DNA of 64,000 nt from an uncultured Planctomycetota bacterium (lineage in GTDB: Bacteria; Planctomycetota; Planctomycetia; Isosphaerales; Isosphaeraceae), in NCBI GenBank assembly GCA_963845755.1, contig CAWJTV010000020.1:576001-640000 (forward strand), given 5' to 3'. Below, piece by piece: positions 56,687 through 64,000 of this stretch (within the stretch, counting starts at the first letter, position 1; each line of letters starts with the position of its first letter). The notes beneath the pieces are model-generated. The model had not been told where the DNA came from. It worked only from the letters and a program-made list of their open reading frames with translations, and ran no database searches. The position numbers were made by a program, and so were the translations under genes.

Positions 56687-58637
56687 CTATGACGCCGTCC
56701 GGTTCGCGAGGAAGTTCTCCACCAAGAGTAGGCCGACTAGAGTCAGAGCGAGCCAGGGCCAGATCTCGTCGTTCCGCAATCGATCGTCGGCGATCCTGCG
56801 CGTTCCCGGCTGGGTAGCGTCCTGGGGAGCCGGGCCGGGCAGTTGGAAGCCATATCGCTCCGCGAACTCCTTGGGGGTGCAACGGGCCGTTTCGGATTCC
56901 AGCGGGTCCGGGTTGAAGACGTGAACGAGTCCTTCGGACTCGACCACGCCCGGTTTCTGTTCATCCGCGACGATCACCTGACGGATCGGGCCCCCTTCAG
57001 CCAGTCCGGAGACGTAGGAGACCATCTGGTGGAGCATGGGCAGGTACATCCGACCGCGCGGCCAGTTGCTCCAGGCCCGGTCGCATGCGGAGGTGAACCA
57101 GACGACCTTGCCCCGTCCCTTGGTCCGCTCCAGGAGTGCGGGCTCACCGCCGCGGAACCAGGCCAGCACACGGGAATCCGGGCCGGGCTTGATCCGTGTG
57201 ATCGTGGAAAACGCCGAACGGTGAAGGTCGCCGTGCTCGGGATCGGCGAATGGCTGGAAGATCGGATGTCGCCCCTCCCATCGCTCGAGCCGCCAGGGCA
57301 GTTCGGTCGCAGTGGCGGGCCCGAGGATCTCGCCGACGTCGAGGCCGGCCGCGGCGAGCTCGCGCGTCCCTTCGGCTCGGACGCGGTCGCCGGTAAACAC
57401 GAGCAGCCCCCCTCCACGCTCGACGAACTCGCCCAGGCGTCGCGTCGCAGCCGCGCCCAGGCTCTCGACGTTCGCCAGGATGACGGCGCCTGTCCGGTCC
57501 AGGTCGGGCAGGCTGGCGTCTCCGGCGAGATCGACCGTTGCGACGTCGAATGGTGTACGGGTAAACCGCTCGCCGGGTGGCGCGAGCCGTAGCGCAGCCT
57601 GGAGGAAATAGGTCTCCGACTCGTACGAGGCCCGGCCGGGGTCCCCGTCCACGATGAGTACCCGGGCTGGGGCGGCGACCGAGAGGGCCAGGAAGCGCCG
57701 GTCGTCGAACGGTAACTCATCGCCGATGGACGCCTCGACGTGGCCACGCCAGAGCCCCTCGGACAGTTTCTCGATCGGGAACTCGAGCCTCGCGGTCGCG
57801 CCGCCCTCCAGGTCGATCGTTCGCTCCAGGTCGTGCTTCTGGTCGCCGGCCTCGATGTGGAGACGGACCGGACACTTGGCGACGGGCAGCGGCGACGCGT
57901 TGAACACGTCCGTCGTGATCGAGGCCGACTCGCCCGGCCGGACGGTCTTCGGTGAGATCCTGACGGACGTCACGGCGACGTTCCTGGGGAATGAGCGTCC
58001 GACGTCATGCAAATGGACCTCAGCATCCGCGGGGAAGAGCATCGATTCCCCGCGATCGAGCCCCGAACGCTGGAGGTCCGTCAGGATATGCAGCTCCTTG
58101 ACGGCTTTCCGCGAGCGGATCAGGATGTCGCGCGCCCAGGCCATCGCGGCGACGTAATCCGTGCCGCAGGCCGTCGGCTCGATCGTGGCGGAACGCAACT
58201 CGGCCGGCCGCGCGAGTGGGTGAATCGTTCGGTCGAACGTGCCGGCTTCCAGTTGCGTGTCCTGACCGGCTCGCGCAACGATTGCACGCACCTCCGCCAG
58301 AGCCTGCTCGATGGGCCGTGTACCGCCTTGAAGTCCCATGCTGGCCGAGCGGTCGAGCAGCACGACGACCAGGCGCTCTCCTGGCGCTGTCTCGGTCGCG
58401 AGCATGTAAGGCCGGGCGAACAACGCGGCGATCAGGGCGATACACGCCAGCCGCAACGCCAGAAGCAGCCAGCGCCTCAGCCGTCGCCGTCGCGCGTTGT
58501 CCTTGAGCACGATCTTGAGAAACTGGAGCGTGCCCAGGTCGAACTGGGCGTGCCCGCGAGCGAAACATCAGGTGGATGATGATCGGGATCGCCAGGGCGC
58601 CCAGGGCGCCGAGCATCCCGAACTGAATGAATTGCAT
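56687..58637 (-). CDS. BatA and vWA domain membrane protein (frameshift near 58545)
   Basis: ALAIPIIIHLM, WLLLALRL...FARP (BatA); LLDRSASM (MIDAS), ILTDLQ; C-terminal TM EIWPWL. Confidence 0.88.
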
Positions 58638-58716
58638 GGTGCCTCGGATGGAAACGGGAACTCAAACTTAGACTCGCTCGTGCCTTGTTCCGTTCGCTGC
58701 TGGCGGCTCGTCGCCG

Positions 58717-59541
58717 TCATTCACCGACGATCGGCTTGCTAAAGGTCCAGTAGATGTCGTCACGCCCCCTGGAGTAACCGCCCGGATGCGACCAGATCTC
58801 CTTGCCCTCGAAATCCACGTGAATCTCCGCGATTGCGATCCTTGCGAAGCCGTAATGCCATGCGAAATCGGATGGGCCTTCACGGCGTGCTTCCAGTAGT
58901 AACACGAGTTCCGGGTTCAATCCATAGCAGATACTGAACATACACGCATCGATCAGGCCGGAAGCCGTGTCCGCATAGCGGTGAACCGGCTGGGGAAGAA
59001 CCCGTAGCTCGTAACGCTCCTTCGAGGGTTGATTGTTCGGCTTGAAGTACTCATGAACCTTGATCTGTCGGATCAGCTCCTTCATCTGCCTCAAGCGTTT
59101 CGTCGCATCTCCAGCCGGGACGGGGGCCTTGGGGAACTTCTGCATCTTGACTCCTGGGTCCGATGGTCCCCACGTGCCGAACCCCGGAACTGTGGCGGAG
59201 ATCGGTCCGGGCGCCAACGATGTCATCTCGGCGATCCATCGCAACCCCTCGGTAGGCGATCGATCCCTCGACAATGTCAAGAGGGCGGCCGGCCGACCCG
59301 ACGGGCCCCAGGCCCAGACCGTCCCGTCGGAATATTGACGTGCCGGGTCGTCGAAACGGTAGACCGGTTCGGCCAACCGTTCCAATTTGACAGGGACGCC
59401 CCGAGCGGTCTTCTCGACCACGATGCTTTCGGCGATCGCCCGCATTGCGACCAGCCGCGCGGCTGGAGTGCTGGAGCTTTGCGGACTGTCTCCCGTCGCC
59501 AGGAGGCCGATGATCAGGATCGGTGAAGCCCGTAAGAACAT
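58717..59541 (-). CDS. same family, paralog P5, located between DUF58 and BatA
   Basis: own RBS and ATG at 59541; signal peptide; DGTVWAWGPSGRP, RLRQMKEL, LRVLPQPVHRY, GLNPELVLLLEAR. Confidence 0.82.
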   Translation of the reverse strand: MFLRASPILIIGLLATGDSPQSSSTPAARLVAMRAIAESIVVEKTARGVPVKLERLAEPVYRFDDPARQYSDGTVWAWGPSGRPAALLTLSRDRSPTEGLRWIAEMTSLAPGPISATVPGFGTWGPSDPGVKMQKFPKAPVPAGDATKRLRQMKELIRQIKVHEYFKPNNQPSKERYELRVLPQPVHRYADTASGLIDACMFSICYGLNPELVLLLEARREGPSDFAWHYGFARIAIAEIHVDFEGKEIWSHPGGYSRGRDDIYWTFSKPIVGE

Positions 59542-59558
59542 GACTACTCTCCCTCGGC

Positions 59559-60453
59559 TCAAAAGGTCTTCGCGCCGGACGAGGTAATCCAGCAGCGCCC
59601 GGTCCGGCGGATCCTGCGTGGTCAGTTCGATGCGGTCGATGGCGCGCTTGCGGCACTCGAGCTCGAGCGCCTGCCGCCAGTCGTCGACGGCCCGCCGATA
59701 CGCCTCGCGGACGCCCTCGGCCTGGGTGGTCAGCGTCTCGCCGCTCTCCAGGTCGCGGAAGCGGATGTGGCCGTCCACCGAGAGATCGCGCTCCCAGGGG
59801 TCCATGATGTGGAAGATGATCACTTCGTGGTTGCTATAGCGCAGGTGATCGAGGCCGCCGACGATCGGGGCGAGGTCGCCGAAGAGGTCGCTGAGGACCA
59901 CGACCATCCCGCGGCGCCTGGCGAACTCGGCCGCCTGATGCAGGGCGCGGTCGTTGTCGGCCGCGGGGCGGACCTCGGCGGCGGCGACCGTCGCGAGCAC
60001 CTCATCGAGCTGGGTCGGTTTCGCCCGGGGGGCCAGGTGGGCCGTCACCTTATCAGAGAACACGGTCAGGCCCACCGCGTCGCGCTGCTTGAGCGCCAGG
60101 TGCGCCAGCGCCGCCGCCAGGGATGCGGCGTAGTGCAGCTTGCTCCGGCCGGCGTTGGCGCAGCTCATCGAGGCACTGGCGTCGAGCAGCAAATAGAGGT
60201 TCAGGTTCGTGTCGGCGTCGTACTCCTTGATGTAAAGACGGTCGTGGCGCGCGTAGAGCTTCCAGTTCAGGTGCCGGAGGTCGTCGCCGGGCGTGTACTC
60301 GCGGTGCGAGGCAAACTCGACACTCAGCCCGAGGTACGGGCTGCGGTGCAGGCCGTGCATCGACCCCTCGACGATCGAGCGGGCGCGAAGCTCGATCGAC
60401 TCGAGTCGCGAGAAGAATACCGGGTCGATCAGGGTTCGGGGATCGAAGGGCAT
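59559..60453 (-). CDS. DUF58 domain protein
   Basis: GLHRSPYLGLSVEFASHREYTPGDDLRHLNWK, LLLDASASM, VVVLSDLF; true stop probably at 59559, masked by an indel. Confidence 0.92.
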
Positions 60454-60459
60454 CGGGGC

Positions 60460-61503
<1,044 letters not shown>

Positions 61504-61551
61504 CGGTCGCGGGCCTCTTTCGGTTGGGGTCTCATTCCAGTCGGTTTTTCT

Positions 61552-62414
61552 TCATCGCATCACGAATGACAGATACGGTCCTCGAGGATCCGCGACCTCG
61601 CCATAGGAGACCAGAGGTATGCTCCACACGGCCTTACCCCGATGGCTGACGCGCTGTTCCAGACTCGTCATTCGGGCCAGTCCGTACAGCCACTGGGGCC
61701 TGTCGTCGACCTGCGCGCTTCGATGAGCAGCCAGAGCTCCGGGTCGGTCCCCTGCACGAATGCAAACAACGAGCCGTCGATCAAAGGGGGCTCCGTGCCC
61801 TCGTACCGGAAGATCGGCTGAGTCATCAGGCGATTCTCTTGCTCGACGCCGTCTCGCCGTGTCTGACGGTTCGTAAACTCCTTGGCCAATTCACGCATCT
61901 GGCGGAGCCGTTGGGCGGCCGTCTCGCCGGGGGTCGGGGCATTCGGGATCGGCTTCATCTCGATTCCGGGACGAGACGTATTCCAGAGTTCTCGGCCGTC
62001 CTTCTCCGCGATGATCCTGTCTGTCGTGAGCGAGAGGTATTCGACCGCCTCGTGAGGCCCGGTGGTCGGCGAAAACCATCGATGTAAACACCAAACCACA
62101 TCGGGCCGACCCTTCGACGTCCATACGAAGACCGCTCCGTAGTTCTCGCCGACGAGTGGGTTCGTCCACTTCAGAACCGCATCGGACCTCAGCGCGAGCG
62201 GACGTCCATCCGACGCGTGGCGCATGACGTGGGACTCGGCCTCGTGTTTCGCGAAGGCGAGGAGATCGTCGGCGCGCGTCTTCCCATCCCCCGGCGGATC
62301 GGCCCGGAGCGTTACTCCCATAACCGGCAAGGACATGACGAGCATCGCGACTAGGCGCCGAGCTCGGACTATCCTCCGCGTCGCCTCACCCTCGCGGGTT
62401 CTCGGGTTTTCCAT
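61552..62414 (-). CDS. same family, paralog P6 (frameshift near 61712)
   Basis: GAVFVWTSKGRP, RLRQMRELAKEF, RLMTQPIFRY, DGSLFAFVQGTDPELWLLIEAR; C-terminus WLYGLARM...VWS in the next frame, stop at 61552. Confidence 0.82.
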
Positions 62415-62467
62415 CGGTCGTGGGCCTCTCGCGGTAACGACGGGGTTGGTGCGATTCGCCGCAGGGT

Positions 62468-63280
62468 TCAGGGTTCATACTTCGTGACGAAGAAGGGTTT
62501 GGAGGGGTCCAGGGCAGGGCCCCGGTTGGGGAGTTCCCAGGCGGCCTTGCCTCGATAGGAACATTTGACGGCGAAGATGGTCATCGGCGCCAGGGCATAC
62601 TGCCATTCCAACGCGTCTTTGCCCGGCCGTGCCTCGAGGAACAGGAAGACTTCGGGGTCGGTGCCGTAGACGAAGGCGAAGAGCGCGCCGTCGAGGATCC
62701 TGGTCCCCGACTTACCGTACCGGGAGATCGCCGTGGGGAGTAGCCGGAGTTCCGACCAACCCTTGCCACCGAAGTCGTCCGTGGCGCGGAAGCCATCGGC
62801 GAGGGCACGCATCTGGCGCGCTCGCCGCGCCTCCGAATCGGCCGGCTGGGGGGCGCCGGGAACCGGACGAAACTCGAGCCCCGGCATCGTGGGGGCCCAC
62901 CAGGTTCGCCCGTTCCGATTGGCCGAGAGGGGCACCGGCGATAACGACGAGAATTCGTGGATCCACAGGACCTGCGGATCTCGGGAATCTCTGAACACCT
63001 GCATCGCAACCTCGGGTCGGCCATGATCCCCGGTCCAGAGGAAGATTGCCCCATCCTCGAGGGTGTTCGTGTGCTGCTTGCCCAGGCGGAATGCCGGCGT
63101 TTCCTGAAGCCTGAGTTCGGCACCCGGATTGCCGCTCAGGGTGAGTTGATAACCTCGAACGGAATCCTTCATGACTTTCAGGCGCTCGGCGCCCGCGTCG
63201 GTCGCGTTCTCCCCGCGGGTCGGGGCCTGGGCAACGATCACAAGGATTAGACAGGCCGGAGTGAGGAGTGTCATGCTCAT
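62468..63280 (-). CDS. same family, paralog P7
   Basis: signal peptide; DGAIFLWTGDHGRP, LRLLPTAISRY, DGALFAFVYGTDPEVFLFLEAR. Confidence 0.85.
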   Translation of the reverse strand: MSMTLLTPACLILVIVAQAPTRGENATDAGAERLKVMKDSVRGYQLTLSGNPGAELRLQETPAFRLGKQHTNTLEDGAIFLWTGDHGRPEVAMQVFRDSRDPQVLWIHEFSSLSPVPLSANRNGRTWWAPTMPGLEFRPVPGAPQPADSEARRARQMRALADGFRATDDFGGKGWSELRLLPTAISRYGKSGTRILDGALFAFVYGTDPEVFLFLEARPGKDALEWQYALAPMTIFAVKCSYRGKAAWELPNRGPALDPSKPFFVTKYEP

Positions 63281-63310
63281 TCTCCCGTAGATTCGAGGTC
63301 CCCGGCCGAG

Positions 63311-63648
63311 TCAAGGTAAGTAAATTCGACTGTAGAAGGTCCGGAACGGGATGTCGCTGTTGCGTTGCGTCAAGCTCCAGACGGGTCGGCCCTTGTGCTC
63401 GGACTTGAGCGCCCAGCACGTCATCGGGGCGAAGGCGTATTGCCACACGAGGCCCTTCGCGGCCGGTCGTGCCTCGATGAACAGGAACGACTCGGGATCG
63501 GTCCCCAGGACGAAGGCAGACCCCTTCATGAACTTCAGGCGCTCCGCATTCTCGTTGGGCGTATCCTGCCGCCAGCCGGTACTCCGGCCGCCATTGCGGA
63601 CAGGAGCAGGAGGATCATTGGGTCTCGCAATGCTGATGCACTCGCCAT
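63311..63648 (-). pseudogene. same family, paralog P8 with a large internal deletion
   Basis: signal peptide and AERLKFMKGS joined directly to AFVLGTDPESFLFIEAR; about 160 codons missing relative to P7. Confidence 0.78.
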
Positions 63649-63709
63649 GATCGATCGCCTCCCTCCGACAGAACGACGGGTCCTTCATATTCGTGAGACG
63701 AGGGCCGGG

Positions 63710-64000
63710 TCAGGGCCGGTAGACGCAGTCGAAAAAGGGCTTGGATGGGTCCCAGCAGGGCTGCCGATCGGGGAGTTCCCAAACGGGCTTGCCTCGATAC
63801 TTGCCTTTGATCGCATAGACCGTCATGGGTGCCAGAGCATATTGCCACTCCGGTCCATCGTCGCCCGTCCGTGCCTCGAGGAACAGGAACACCTCGGGGT
63901 CGGTGCCCAGGACAAAAGCGAAGAGGGCCCCGTCGAGCACCCTGCTCTTGGGCTCGCCGTACCGGGCGATCGGAGTGGGGAGGAACCGCAGCTCCGACCA
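63710..64000 (-). CDS. same family, paralog P9 (5' part lies outside the window)
   Basis: SELRFLPTPIARY...DGALFAFVLGTDPEVFLFLEAR...WQYALAPMT. Confidence 0.82.
   Translation of the reverse strand, partial: WSELRFLPTPIARYGEPKSRVLDGALFAFVLGTDPEVFLFLEARTGDDGPEWQYALAPMTVYAIKGKYRGKPVWELPDRQPCWDPSKPFFDCVYRP

Noticed and set aside
1535..58637. Mass pseudogenisation or programmed frameshifting of the split genes
   Set aside because: Both halves keep conserved motifs and I saw no consistent slippery sites; sequencing error is the simpler explanation.
58717..60453. Apparent 578-aa DUF58-paralog fusion protein
   Set aside because: P5 has its own RBS, ATG (59541) and signal peptide; a small indel in CGGCGCGAAG would end DUF58 as ...KTF* at 59559. 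Probably an artefact.

Overview
GC-rich bacterial DNA, most likely Planctomycetota (Isosphaeraceae-like). This is inferred from the DUF1501 and DUF1549/DUF1553 genes, the ECF sigma-WD40 fusion, the prenyltransferase-repeat protein and the Ser/Thr kinases. About 20 genes are split by small indels, probably long-read assembly errors. The left half holds housekeeping and metabolic genes (ndk, JAB peptidase, cysK, hemQ-like, maf, mobA), tRNA-Arg(CCG) followed by a likely integrase relic, and a kinase/phosphatase pair. It also has two non-autonomous MITEs with clear terminal inverted repeats and target-site duplications, one inside a REP-like element and one containing a REP-like element. A small accessory islet carries a nucleotidyltransferase module and a kinase-FGE/C-type-lectin-fold protein that may be a remote DGR target. 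In the right half, a blaI / M56-WD40 / DUF1549-1553 / DUF1501 / EF-hand operon converges on a MoxR / DUF58 / BatA-vWA / long membrane protein / vWA-GATase operon. Both operons carry copies of one uncharacterised exported protein family: at least 9 genes plus a relic, with signs of turnover (an internal deletion, an orphan fragment and a duplicated moxR start region). This paralog array is the best candidate for an undescribed system.
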